Below, one piece after another: positions 13,801 to 28,800 of a DNA stretch of 64,000 nucleotides. The stretch spans positions 169,351-233,350 of the forward strand of contig NMRA01000197.1 of the NCBI GenBank assembly GCA_002633005.1. Direction: 5' to 3'. The number at the start of each line of letters is the position of its first letter. Position 1 is the stretch's first letter. This DNA is from Phoronis australis. Taxonomy: Eukaryota; Animalia; Phoronida. The notes under the pieces were generated by a model, which was given only the letters and a program-made list of their open reading frames with translations, made no database searches and had not been told where the DNA came from. Made by a program: the position numbers and the translations under genes.

Positions 13801-16800
13801 ATGTTCAGTGTTAAGTATTCAGCACATTTGGTAATTTTTGATTGACATATCAAATTGTTATTATTAAATTCAATATTTATTACTATCTTTTAAATGGAGG
13901 TTAACTTTTCAGTGAAAACACTGCTTTCCAAGAGGAATCTCATTTGTACAAATAGTTATAGTAAAACACAATACAAAATACAACACAGTACAATACCACA
14001 CATACCATACAATATCATACCATATCACGTCATGCAATACAAGAACACCTATTGATGTCATGGGTAACAAAGAAAAATACACCTAACAAACATGGAATTA
14101 AGACTAAGCTAAGACCTATTTACCAAAAATAAGAAAAATAATTGTTTAAAAACAACAAGATGCGATGCACTTATTTATCTAACTCGATACTGTTGTCTAT
14201 AAAATATCAATACAATGACTGTGGATAAACTCAGATGTGATAAGTGAAGTTTTAATATAATTTGATAAAAAAGAGTTAAACATTAATTTTGTGAAAGTTA
14301 TCAAAATCTTCACACCAGTCCACTGGTCACTTTCTCGTGAACTAAAACATACCTTGCCTCTAGAGACCAGAGCATAAAGTGAAGGGTTGACCAATAGACT
14401 CTCCAACTCTGCCTTGGTTAGCACGGATCTGATATGCATCACTTCATCGACTGTAAGTGACAGGCACTCTACAGGGTATTGCCAGCGTTTCTATGTGAAA
14501 CAATAAAAATTGCCAGCATTTCTATGTGGAACAATAAAAATTGTCAGCATTTCTATGTGGAACAATCAAAAAGTCAAAACAGTGAGAAGTAGTCATCTTC
14601 AATTCAGCTCTCCTTACCGAGGAGGTAGAAGAAAGCATTGTGTCACTGACAATAGTTTTCAAAGAGTTGGATCACTAAAGTTCTTGAAATAGTATGGACA
14701 AGAAAAGAATGTTAGGGGGACCGTGCCCCACCCGACTTATCCATTTTTGGTGTCAGCCATGTCAATGTATTTGCTTGCTACAAGAAAGCTTAAAAAACCA
14801 ACATCTCACAGACAACATTAATCCAGTCTTCTCTGGTCAGTAATACTAAATGGATGACAAGAGCTTCACATCATCAAAGACCCGTTCCATGACAGGTAAT
14901 AACAGGTAGTTACAGGAAAGCTTTGAAACACTTCAAAGGAAAAGATTACAATGTCTTCAATTATGAATTTTGAGGCAAACCCTTTAACAAACAAACAACA
15001 AGATAAATTGCAAAATAATGTTAATGGTTAAAAGCTATGAAGCAGAAAAGCAAGCAAGCAATTTTTGTATTAAGGTAATTCTTCATTAATTTATTTTGCA
15101 CAATATGGTTGACAAGTGAAATTCAGATTAGCATGGTTTGTAGTTTGTAGATGTCATAAAACAAGGTAAACCCGCCTTTAAAAATGGAAAAAATGGCAAT
15201 TATTTTTGAGTGAAATCAGTGGACAATTACAATAGTATAAAATTTCATCACTTATTGATCAATAAAACAAATTTGTAAATCTTAAAATTTGAAACAGTTT
15301 AGACTGCAGTGAGGTATTTGAAAGTAAAACTAAGAGTTTGAATTAACATTAAGAGCTTTATAAAGTTACACTTTGTTTAAAAACAACTTTTAGTAATATT
15401 AAATGATGGGTAACGGATAATTATTGACAAAATATGATTGAATATATGGGTAATGTGAGTCAAGCAAAGAACATTGAAGTAAACACTTTATACTAAAAAG
15501 ACGTATAATTAACCTAGTTCCAATTAATACAGTACAAGGTAAAAGTAATCGGACAAAATATTGTTTCCCTGTCATAACAGTTAACTCCGTCAACAACAAA
15601 ATGATTAGCAAATTTTGACAGCAAAATTCTAATTACAGACTTGCTTAGCCGCTTTGGTAAGCCTCCTTCATTCTAATTACAGACTTGCTTAGTTGCCTTA
15701 GTAAGCCTTCTTCATTCTAATTACAGACTTGCTTAGTTGCCTTAGTAAGCCTTCTTCATTCTAATTACAGACTTGCTTAGTTGCCTTAGTAAGCCTTCTT
15801 CATTCTAAGTCATTAGGAAGGCTAATCGGACAATGACTTCCATCCAGTCATCATCACAGAGAAGGTCAAGGTCGGCTTATCAGCATACTTTTGACTTGTA
15901 CTGTAAATTGTCTTCCAACTGGGTTTAAATGGTTTGATATGGAATAGACGATTTGGTGAAAATTTTAAAATTACAAACACAGCGTTTTCAATTTTGCTAG
16001 CTACAAAAGTTACAGATAAAATACTGAAAATATTCTAATAATTATAGTTAAAAATTACATTGTTAAGGTAACTGTCAACCTCTGAAGTTCATTCGGACTT
16101 TATTGTTAAGTAACTGAAGAACTGTCCGTATCAATCCATAAACAAGGTATACACTAAATTCTTGCTTTCAAATGTCAAATAATTGTTTGTAATTGCGTAG
16201 CACCAATTTTTGTATAAAGTGATATTTTTGCTTTGAACATAAATTCAAAAAAAAACACATGGAATTTCATGTTTTACAAATATCAGTTTTAGCTAATTTA
16301 TGATATATACACAAGAAAACATATCTCAGGTTATTGATTTACCCAAAATGGATATATCAGATATCAAACGGAGATAAGTTACCCATAAATTTGCTATAAT
16401 TAAAGTAACGTAAAATAAATATGCATTTTGGCAAATTGTTGAGGATAGCAATCCTGATCAATAGATATACCATACACTTTACAAAGAATTAGCACAAAGG
16501 TTAACAATTACAATAACAGCTACCAGCAGGACTTACATGCAATTGCTCTCGTGTTAGATGTGAGAGGTTAAACTGACTACACTTAGGGCTGGGTTTAGAC
16601 ACACGCCTGTTAGTGTTCACACATGTGGGGTCGTGAACTCTAGTGTCAAAGTTCACTGGATTGGGGTTGTCACCTCTCGTGCCAAAGTTCACTTGAGCAA
16701 GGTCATGACCAATCAGATCAGACAAACTCTTAACATGCGTGACAGGGAGGCAATCACGTGCAGCAGGCATAATCGGGTCAAATGTCTCTCCGTCCTCTAC

Positions 16801-19800
16801 CTTTGATGATGATTTGACAGGTGACTCACACACGGTGATGCTGTGGCGCCGCTCGAGCACCTTATTACCGTTTCTGGTGTTGCCAACCAAGACATCAAAT
16901 GCCACTGGAATTAAAAACAAGACAAGAACTGGCACAGGATGCCAAGAATATGTGGCTATAAAACCAAGTGAACAGACCTTGTTAACAATATATCTCATTA
17001 CAATGGTCACAACATGATGATCAAATTGTTTTAGACCTGTATGTCTGTAACCATAGTGACCAGGTGAAAATTATGACAGTATTTGACACAATGAGCACTT
17101 CAAACACAGTCCACAACAACCAGTGATCATGCCCAAAAACAAACCTACCAGTTTGACGCCAAGTACTTTTTTTCTGCACTTGGCTGGATACATCCACAGA
17201 GGACAAAAGGTCACCACTAGATGGCGTGATGAGACCAGCATCGATGTCATCTAGATCGTCAACATCATCATCGCTACTTTCATCCTGAAAAAGGAAGGAC
17301 TCATTTGGGAATCTATTCAAAGATAAATACTTCGAATTACCTACCATATTCACCAGGGCAAATAGAAAAGCTAAAAAATCATTGTTAGAGGTCAAAGATG
17401 AGCGCGAGTGTGCGAAATCTGAAGGTTAAACATGGCTGTAATATAGTAGACAAAGTTTAATAAATTAAATAAAACTTATTAACTGGATTTATGAGCCTGA
17501 GTTCGCTTTGAATTCATTTCTATTTACATTCTATTTTAGTTTTCCTTTGTGTCAGTACAGCGTTGCCAAGCTAATTCAACCATGACTCACTCAAGACATT
17601 TTGTGTTTTTCTTGAACAAATTTCACCCCTCCCCATCCACGGGGTTGTTTTCCCACCCCCCATCCCGAGGTTGTTCTCTAATCCATTGTTCTGTTAGATC
17701 CTTCAGCTGTTTTTCTCATCATTCCCTCCTTTGTTGTTACTCTAAGCGTATGTACTGATGCCATGAGTGACGTTTTTTTCTTTAATCTTCTCACAGAATC
17801 TTTTGTTTTTATTCATCGTTTGTACATATGTCCTAATACATGACATTATTCAATTGTTTACTTCTTGTTTTACTCTGCAACATAGCTTCTCACATACTCT
17901 GGTAAAATAGATTCCGATGTTTTTTGACACAGTCACGCTTTTAGATTTTATCAACTACATAGCCTTTTCGTAAAAATCAATTCTCACTTCAAAACTGGTG
18001 AGTAACAGAGAGAAGTCTGGCTTGATTATTTTCCTGGTAGGAGTTGGCGTGGCATCTGTCTCAAACAACTTGGTTCTTGACGTTTCCACTGAAAATAAAT
18101 CGTGAATTAATTTTCTGTCCTAATAACAAAAACAACAACATGGAACTGCCAGTCAGTGTGTTCTTCTGAATCCTCTCCTGGTGATTGTCAGAGAGAGAAT
18201 ACTGCCAGTCAGTGTGTTCTTCTGAATCCTCTCCTGGTGATTGTCAGAGAGAGAATACTGCCAGTCAGTGTGTTCTTCTGAATCCTCTCCTGGTGATTGT
18301 CAGAGAGAGAATACTGCCAGTCTGTGTGCTCTTCTGAATCCTCTCCTGGTGATTGTCAGAGAGAGAATACCGTGACAATGAAGAAAACTAAAAAGAAAAA
18401 AGTTTATCTATCACATTACATCACCTTTTTCCCTCCCATTCAATCTCCCTTTTGTTCCCTCAACAGATCTATGATATGCCAAACATAAAGACTAGTTACC
18501 AGTCCTTGTAAATGTTTTCCTCAACTTGTGTTCACCCTTGATCTCCTCCAGAAGTTGTTCGTGTAAAATTGGAACTCTTGGAGGTGGTGGGCGAAGTTTC
18601 CTCTGGGAGACCTGCAACAATAGATAGAATAGATTAGACAAGAACCAACAGAAAATTTTGGATTCTCTGTAAAAAGTGCACTACACCAATTATGATTGGC
18701 ACTAATACTGAGCTAAGAAAAATAAACCCTTTGACTATATATTTCCCTACTGGCCAACCTCAGCGTCTATATATTTACTATATCCTTTGACTATTAATAG
18801 ATATTTGACAGTTGAGTGGGTTTGGAATCCTGCTTTTGTCTGCAGAAGCGGCAGAAATTACTCAAGATAACAGGCGACCTAGTTTTGTCAGACCACAACA
18901 GAGGTCATGCTTGGGGTTAATTATGACATTTTCAAAGGTTACCTAAAATTGTAGGAAATATCAAAACTTGTCAAGAGCAAATTGAATTCACCAGAAGTCA
19001 ACAGGGCTTATGATGCATTATTGTTTTGTCATCATATTCTGAAACTTTCAGAGAAGCAGGATTTGTCTTTGTCTTTGTGTTATTTGTTGGAAACCAGTCA
19101 TTAGATGAACAAACTTACTTGGTCGCATATTTTGTTTTTGGCCAAAATATGAGTACGAACTATAAAATCATCACATGACTTACTTGATAAAATAAACAAG
19201 ACCATCCCCACAAGATGGCAGCATGTGTTAAAAAAATGTGTCTGCTAACAACATCTGATAGAGTAATACACTACTAACTATTAAGAGTTGAAATGAAGTC
19301 ATCAAATGTAACGCCACTCAATAGTTCAAAACGTGAAAAATCAACTGAGAAATCAAATGCTCTTCGTATTGAGCAACTGGTTATTTTTTAAGCTGTTGCT
19401 TTTTCCAAAATAAAAAATGCCCCATTGCCACTTTAAATGATTTAAAAACAGCAAGTTCAATCATCATGTTAAATTTGGCATAATCATTTTATGCTAATAT
19501 ATATATATATATTGAACACCGAATCTGTTGCCACAAACAATGTTAAAGCTCAGGGCGCAAACCAAACATTCCTCAAAATTCAGAGATGGAAAACAGTTCA
19601 GAGTAGTTTCAAAATCCGCAATCGAGGCGTTCTTGGCTATACACATTTCACACTGAACCTGAAGTTTCAGCAGTGACTTTTTGGTCACATGCCTTACAAA
19701 AACTTCAATGATAGATTTTCACCCAAATCTGGCCAAAACTGAACTACAGAAATACCATCTGCAAGAGGTGCTGCACAGCTGCAAGAGGTGCTGCACAGCT

Positions 19801-22800
19801 GCAAGAGGTGCTATACAGCTTCAAGATTTACATTTTTTTTGTCAAAATAACCATACAGTAACCAATAATTATTAAGTAAAATCCTAAAAATACCGTTTCC
19901 ATGGAATCTTCACCTAAGAGAATGGTGGAGAATTGCTGGATATGCCAGAAGAAAAAGTCCCCATGTGTATGGAAACCATTCACCCAAACACACTTAAAAC
20001 ACTAAACAACCGGTGACCATTGAAAAAACCTTCCTGTTAATGAAACTATAATAACAGTGAATTGAAGCAACAGACAGACGATCGAGTTGACAGGTCAACT
20101 AAACAGAGATATCCCATAACTAAATTAGACAACCATGTGAAGTGTGAGAAGCCAACCCAAGCATGACAAATGTTTCCCCTTCAAGGGCTCTTCAACTATT
20201 GCAAATAAACAGAGAAAATCCATTAAAAAATGCCTCAAATGCATCAGTCATGTTAGTTCACACCAGAGGTAGCCACTGTGGAGTGGGGAATCTTTTAACA
20301 TACTTAAAGACAATAATACAGAAAAAATGACTGCAACAGATCTATGTATTTTTATGACTCTATTAATATTAAACAGCTTCATCTATATTCTCAAAACAAA
20401 AAATAAGGAGTTGCCTGCAATGTAAAATGTGCTGTTGTCACTTTTAAACAATCTCAACTTTGACAACATTTTCAATGGAAAGAAAAGACTACAAGTCACT
20501 AAATCTTATTGTATTTAGAACAAAATTTCTACTCGAGCAGGTTCATTTCAAAATACCTCTAAGCTATTTTGCTAAGAACTTTTCACAAGTGTGGCCTTAT
20601 GTGCATTTCCTAATTAATTCCATCTACACTGATTAAATACGACCCCCCATAATATAGCTGGCATGACCTAGACACCAGAAAATAAAGAACAATATTGAAT
20701 TCAATTACTAACAAGATCATCCTTAAAATGTCGGCTGTGTAAATATAGTAACCTGATGAGCAGCCTCAATAGATCAATTCAGTCTGCAGTGTTGCCAAGG
20801 AATGCGCAAATTATCCAACATTACAAAAAATGGTGCAAAATAATCTAGGTACATCCGGAGTCTAATCATTTGTGGTTTCACAAGTATTGCCTGTGATTAC
20901 ACTTCCAGCCACGCCTGTCTGTATCATAGTACTATATGTAAAAACATCACGACTTTTATGGTGATTCATAGTACTGTAGGTAAAAACATCACGACTTTTA
21001 TGGTGATTCATAGTACTGTATGTAAAAACATCAGGACTTTTATGGTGATTCATAGTACTGTATGTAAAAACATCACGACTTTTATGGTGATTCATAGTAC
21101 TGTATGTAAAAACATCACGACTTTTATGGTGATTCAGTTCACTTTAATTTTTCAACAAAATTTCAATCATAAATCAGTCGTTTGGTCTGAAACCAACATT
21201 CGCCTTTTATTGTACGGAAGGACTGACTATAAATATAAATATTGTTGTTTGTAATATATCATTTTCCACAAAAATACATAATTTGCTATGTTTCACATTA
21301 GGAAACCGGGCTGCTCAGTGGTATCTTGTAGTTTTCTCAACATTAAGCGGGAAAAACCCAGAGTCGCTGTCTTCTTGATATCAAGAAGATTGATCTAAGC
21401 TCTCACTGTGTTGTGCACGGTAATTATTGCATTAGCGATGTCTTCATGGAAATAAAATACTGGCTGAAATAAGTTAAAAAGCCAAACACAGAAACTGGTA
21501 ATTTTTTAACATGTTTAACTTCTGAAATTGAATTCCTTGCCAAAAATTAGATGCTTAGAATCCTTCTTTTGTGGAAAAAATACGATAAAAATTGGCCAAA
21601 ATGCTGCGACGAATTTTAGTATGTTGACAACAGTTTTGAGTCAATGCGTGTTTACATCAATATATTCATTCAGCAGGGGAGATAACTGGTGTTTGCGCCA
21701 TGACATTGGACAAAAGACTGAGCTTGGCGATTAACAAGATTGATATCAGGCCTCCGAAAACTTGGTATGGTGTGAATACAGAATAAATCGGAGTTAGTTT
21801 TAATGATCCAGTCAAGTGACTGAGACTGCCTTAGTTATGACCACAGTTATGACCATAGTGAAAAATAGCCAAGTGAAAGTATGATAGTGACAAGACTAAG
21901 TGCACCTGTAGGGTAATAAAACATTTTGATATTAACAAGAACTTGCCAGAGAAGCAATAATAAATGACAATTAATCTTAGGTTTCAGACAAAGCCAGTTA
22001 GAATTAAGTTAAAACTGCTTGTTCATCAAGACATAAAACAAATTTTATAATTTTAACAGGGATGTGGTGTCAAAACATAGGCTAAATTCAAAATTCAATT
22101 TAATTATTAGGAGACTTACAGTGTTCGAGCTTTGCTACCTTACAGTTTCCAGCAAAAAAATTTCATCCACAATAAAATTGATAATTGTATTACCCTGCAA
22201 AAAATAATTTACAAATTAAGTAAAAAAAAACGAAAAAGATTGCAGACGGTCTTGTAGGTGAATTGCAACAGTCGTGTGTAGGCCACAAAAATCTAGGCCC
22301 ATTGCACAAAACACCTGACTTTGAGCTCATGAGAACCCATCCAGAAGTCCGTAGCTATGTAGGCCAAATTCATTGGTGCTTAGCACCTGACCCAAGTTAC
22401 TGTCCACAGAGAGCGTACACAGTCACTAAAGAGGATCAGTGATTCCCTCAAAAAACATAACTCACGGGCTGTAGAGGTGGTCGTGACCGGATAAACTCAA
22501 GAATGACTGAGTGAGCATCGTTCTTCATGCTGACGCTGACAGGCACCTCACCATCCACCTGAGGAGAGACATACAATGTCAGGCAAATGTCGAAAGAATC
22601 ATATGGCTGAATATGGACCTCTGTATGGTTCCTAGAACGATGAGCTATATTGGAAATGCATCATTACACAACTTGCATTGAATACTGTCCAAATTTCTTT
22701 CAGTGTTTATGGCAGCTATATGCTAAAGGAGTAATTGTAGAAAGTGCATGAGTAACTCCATAAATGCCCATTCAAGTAATGTTGGTGAAAAAGCAATTCC

Positions 22801-25800
22801 TATTGTCATCCAACCACAGAGAAACTTGTCATTAGTGCACGGGGTTGGACAAGCGATAAGGGTTCCAGGACATAACCTCAGTATTAAGCATTTCTATTAG
22901 GAATCATTAGTTCAATTACTCGAGCATAGATTTCATCTTCTCAAACTTGGAGTCAACTTAAGACTCAAAACTTAAGCAGGCATGCTGTATGGTTCAAGTG
23001 TTAAGTAAGTAGGTTCACTGGAAGCAATGCAATGCAGTTGATCATTTTTCCAGATGAGTTTCAGAGATTAGACCTTAGCCAGAGGTAAGTTGCTTCTAAT
23101 TGTTCCACATGAGTTTCAGAGATTAGACCTTAGCCAGAGGTAAGTTGCTTCTAATTGTTCCACATGAGTTTCAGAGATTAGACCTTAGCCAGAGGTAAGT
23201 TGCCTCTAATTATTCTAGTGGTCAAGAGTAGCATGCTCTTTTTTGAAGGTTGCCAATACTGTGTTCTTTTTTGGGCAATATATGGAGCTCAGATTAAAAG
23301 ATTTTTTCTTACACTGATCTGGGGCCTCTTTCACAAAGATTTTATTGGCTTTGACGACTTTAATCAAAAGTCAGAATTCTGACTAAGAACAGCCAGAATT
23401 TGATTTTTGGTCTTTTGTTTCTTGAACTGTTTTGTCTTCTGTCTACTTGAAGAGACTACGTACTTCTATCATGACTTTGAGTCACAAACAGATGTTCTGA
23501 CTTTCAGCCTCAGCCTGTTGTCATGGAACAGGCTAAACCATTTGCTGACTGATTTCAGTGGCGGATCTAGGATATCATAAGGGGGGCCCAACATCTTGTC
23601 TCAGGCAATCGTGAAAAGCACGATTGCATGCGCGCACCCCGCCTAAAAGATAGAGGGGCTTGCATTTCAGAGGAAGTGGACCTAGTACCACTAAAAAACA
23701 AGCAGAGGAATAAAAAATAAAAAAAACGGGAAAACCATTGTGCCGGTGTTCTGTTTCGGATACTTGCAATCGGGTCTGATCCTCCCCCTCATGTTAATTG
23801 CCGGGTTTGATTATTAACTCAATATTTCCTCACGCTCTTGCTGTTTAATTTTTTTGCAGAAGCAAGGGGGGGGGGCTGGCCCCTGACCACCCGCTAAATG
23901 CGCAAATGAATTTTTAGCTAAAGGTAAAAAACAACAGCCTATAGACTCTTGGTGGAACAAGGCTCCACTTCTTATTTCCATTGAAAACATGTCAGAGACC
24001 CAGTTAACACTTTCAAACTGCAGGAAATACTCAATATGAAACTTCACACTCAGGGAAACCTCAAGGACAGAACCCATGAAGCTCATTTGACTCAACCCTC
24101 ATACAATAGAATTAATACAACACATTGCCCATTCCAATGAAACAAAGCAAGGCTAGGAAAATAGATATTGTCTGAAGGAAATATTGTCCACAGGCGGAGG
24201 AATTTCCCAATAACACATAACCATTAGATATATTAAGAAACATAAAGGTTGGACAATAAAACTTTGCCGAGCCTGGGCTCCCAAATGCAAATGCAATCTG
24301 CATGGACCTCCCTCAGACTGGTATAACATAAACCTTCTAAGCCTTAGCTTTCCTTGATCCCATTAAATTGTCCTTATGAATGGTGAATTGGCGATGGAGT
24401 TTCCAAAACAAACGCAAACTTTGAATTCAAGGAGGTTAAATAGTTAATGTTGGTGGATTTCAGTTGCGCTTTAACTTGTACGCCTGTCGTAGATAAAATT
24501 TTGAATTTGAGCATGCAACCCCTATGTCAAAGTCAAGAAAATAGTCTCCAATTTATTAAATAAATGATTGACCTTCCACTTATGTATAATTTGCTTCTTC
24601 TGCTGATAGCTCATTTTAACACTTAACCTGGAATTTAATTGCAAGAACTGTCGTATCTTGTGTTTGATCTTGACATTATGTGCTACTCTTGGTTGAAGCA
24701 CAATGAACACTCGGCTTTTGGCGGAGATTTCCGATGCCTGACCGCACATTTAGTCACGGGAAATCACCTATTGGCAACAGCAAGATTTTGGAGCAGGCCT
24801 ACGTTAGTAGCTAGCAAGCCATGGTCCTTAGGTTATAAACAAGGTTATTTTACAAAACCAAAATTTAAATACATCCACACTATAGTATGTGAAAGGCGCT
24901 CAAATAACGTTTGTGGGCACGCGAAAAAACATACCGTGAATTATACGCTTATAAGGAAGTTACGCATTTCTAATGATATGCGGGAATTTTCACCGATCGT
25001 CCTTCTGAGAGGCTTTTACCAAGATCAAAGAGAGCGCGGTGCCGGAAAATTTTGAAAATGCACCGACCAATAATTTTCGTTAAAAAGGGAACACCACGGC
25101 AGTATTCAGCTGGATAAAAAACAACCACGAATGGTTTTAATTTTTAAAAACCGATGAACTAATAAGCTAAAAACAACAAACATTGGGTACGATTGAAGAT
25201 AAACGACCGTGTGTATTGATATACTCGGTGGATTTACAAACGCTGATCACAGTTAACAATATCACATGAATTATTCTTTTAACAATCTTTCAATCTCGTT
25301 TAACCAGTTTTTTGACTAGTTCATAACACTAATGTACTTAACTTGTGTCCACACTTCATTTTCATGGCTGACAAAAAGCTAGAATAGTTATGTAGACAGC
25401 GCAACTGAAATTGTCCAGACATTCCAAATCTTCAGTTTGGCTATCACCATGTTTTCACTTTTGTATATATTTTATGATTTGGGTTCTAATAAAGATTAAA
25501 ACTTGAACTAATGACACATGTAGTTTTGTTTGCCGTGAAATTTTCAGTGTAGTTGTAATCTGGAAACTTCAGGGATGGGTTCACAGTTGACTAAATTAAA
25601 TTTCGCTGGCAATCAAAATCTACCACACTGTTTTGGTACTTCAAGTTTAAAAATAAAATAAAAAGATATCAACCCGTTCACAGTAAGAAAAAACAAGTTG
25701 ACAGGATTATTAAAAATGAAATAATGAAAACCGGCATGAAACATATTTAAAACCATTGTACCATTGGAAAGTGACCCTTTGTCAAGATAAACACAAATTA

Positions 25801-28800
25801 TTTTTTTGGTCATTTTGTAATATTTAAAATGTACTAAGTTAAAACTAATTACTATTCTTCTCAGTTGCAGGCTGTAACTCTGCGCAAATGCCCCAAAGAA
25901 AACCAATTTGGGTGTAATAATAACCAACATTGTTGAGACAGTAGTACTAGCTATTACCTTTCGACTTCATTAGCTCAGATCTACATCAATACAAAGGGCG
26001 TGCTGAATAGGCATCATAAAAGTTGTCTGGGGCTGAGGGAACCAGAGTGGTGGCCAGTGTAAGCGAGAAAATCTCCACATGAGAGCTTTGGAAATGTTTC
26101 AGAAGCATACGAGAAAACCTGGATGTTTATGAAGGTCGTGTGCCAAGAATATCACAATGGTATTGGGATTCATGATTTTGGCGTTTTTTGACATTTTTGT
26201 CGTCAAATCACCACTCACAGGCAATTTGATGTGATCAAGTCAAAGAAAAGTATTCAAAGATTTGTTAGACGCAGATTTCGTAGAGTTCCATGCACATTTG
26301 ATTAGAAAATTCTGAGGAAACCCATTTTCAGTGTCCAACCTTTATGTTTTATTAGTAGAGAATGACGTCAGTGATTGAGGAACAGATAAACAGAAGTGCC
26401 AGTGGTTTCACTGTGAATGTTGAACAAAGCTTTCACTGAAGTGAAAGTTCCCCACAGGTTTTAAACAATATTTATCACCCACTTGCCAGAACCAACAGCA
26501 CAGTGACTTAATACAGTAATAACTCTCTAGTTTGGAAATCTAAAATTTGTACACCAAAATTTAAGCCATAGTTGATTTTTTATTCTGAAGATTGAAGATT
26601 GGATGTCTATGGCGTTCATCATATTTGTCAAACACTGGACACTGTTTTGTATCAACAGAGTCTGAAAACTGACTTGGCACATCATAATATCATTGGATAT
26701 AGGTGTCAGAGCTAAGTTTTCCCTATAGTGCATAACATCAAGATGAACGGTCGTTCGTCATTGATCGTAATTCTTGAACTTGAGAAAGCCAATATTGCCT
26801 TGCGTTATTTCTAAAATTAGGTAGAACCTCCATCCTTGAGCAAAATAATTCATTTTTCACTGTCCCAAACAGCATAATTTTTACCATAAGGCTATTTTAC
26901 TCTCACAAAGTCACTTGGGTTGTTTTGTTTAGAGGAAATGGTACTATTTATTGTACTTTTTGCCACAGACTCCATATGTGAAAGTACACTGTATTCGTTT
27001 GTTTTATTGTTTATTCCGGGATCATAATTAGTTCTATAAAAACAAACAATATTTCTACTGCTCCTGAGGTTTTAAACTCTTAACACATCTTCTGAGTTAA
27101 AAATTTCTCCAAAGAAATTTGGACACAAACCAAACCCGTTTAAACTTATGCTAAAATGATGACCTTTCCACAATGTAATCAAACGTTTTACGTCAAAATA
27201 GCGAGAATTAAATACACAATTTTAAAAATAATTTTTGACGATTCACCAACAAGTACTTACCATGATCTTGTTGAGAGTATATCTCCTCATGCGTATGTCT
27301 TCCATGAGTATTTCATATGGTGTCAACTCAAACTCCAACGGGGGTAGGTCGACATGTTCTACCTTCTTTAACTTCACACCCTGCCTCAAGCTCTGTAACA
27401 CTTGTACCCAGAGACGAGCCTGTGGATGGAACACACTTTGGGCTTGGAGGGGGTAACTAATCTGTATAGTTGCTTAGAATTTTGTAAATCACAGATGTCA
27501 CTCACACACGATGGGCCTTTTGAAATTGGAATGCAAGGTCAATAAAAGCTATTCTTTGTGAATCCTGCTCTTAGCCATACAAGTGCTCCCCTTGGACTGC
27601 TAAAAGTAAGTAAACACAACTTAGCAAAGGGTTTATGGTCCTGACTCAGACGATACGTTTTATTACCCCCTATGAACTCATGAATAGCTGAGCCTGGGAC
27701 GATACCAAATAAAAATACGGGGATACCAATTCAAGATACAAATTACGGCAGACTTGAGAATTTCTAATAATCTTCTCACATTTTGAAATACAGAAATTCT
27801 TCACCTTTATAGCACACAATATGACGGACAAGTGAAATTTTAATTCATCAAAAATTCAAACAAAACAAATGAGAATTTTTGTCTATCATTATCTTCTTTC
27901 ATGAAAATAATATTTAGCAAAGTTCCCATTATTTACAGAAAGGCAAATTAGCAATTTTGAAACTGAATGGAAAATCAAAATTTTGCCGGGCAACTACTTA
28001 CAGTTGGACCACAAAATGTATTATAAAGATAAAGGTTTGAACTGCAGCCGCACTCGGACAATGTTGTGTACATTTGAGGGCATTCATGTCGGGAGATCTT
28101 GGAAATGAAAAAGGGACTCTTGGTAATTGCAGTTGTCCAAATTTGGTGAGATTTCTCCATACGTAACTTAAGACACTTCTTGATTGCTTTCTGGTCTGGG
28201 TGAAGAAAGTTTAGTAAATTGCTAACAACAACATGTAATACGTTGACTTTCAGATGCTTCTGCTCTTATCCAAAGGATGATGTACATGGAGTGAATGTAT
28301 TTTACACCTCAGTTGTAATCAAGAATCGTAAGGAGTAATTTGTTCTATTTACTGGAAACCCCAGTATAATAGAGATGAAAATACAGTTGGTACCACACTT
28401 TAGCACTTACAAACAATAGAGGTCAGCACCTGTTATTGCAAGTTCTCTTCTTTGACATGGGCAGAATTGACCTATCGCAAGCTCCGCCCCTATGCGAAAA
28501 GTCACGTGATACCCGACAATTGAACGAGATGTAAGAGGCAAATACACTGTCGCTAAACGACGTTCCTGGTGGAAATCGATGAGTGTTTTTGCACTATTTG
28601 AAAACGCTTCGACAGAGACAAGAGGCGATGTTTTTCAACAGAGAATCTTACGCTCATGATACGGGAATTTGTAAAGGTGACGATGAAAAAATAAGTGCTC
28701 GAAGAGCCAGCGAAAATCCGAAGAAACACCTCGGCCTCGGGGCCACCTTCACCTGACATATGACAAGGCCACTGATAAGATATGTTCATGTTAAGCTGGG

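Noticed and set aside
20862-21254. Repetitive ORFs here and at 37895-38285
   Set aside because: Translations of the 42-bp and 53-bp minisatellites.
24430-25930. CpG-richer segment with a 138-aa ORF (24639-25055) and weak AATGTTGG/CCAACATT ends
   Set aside because: Probably a TE relic, but the TIR is too short, there is no TSD, and the ORF has no recognisable motif.
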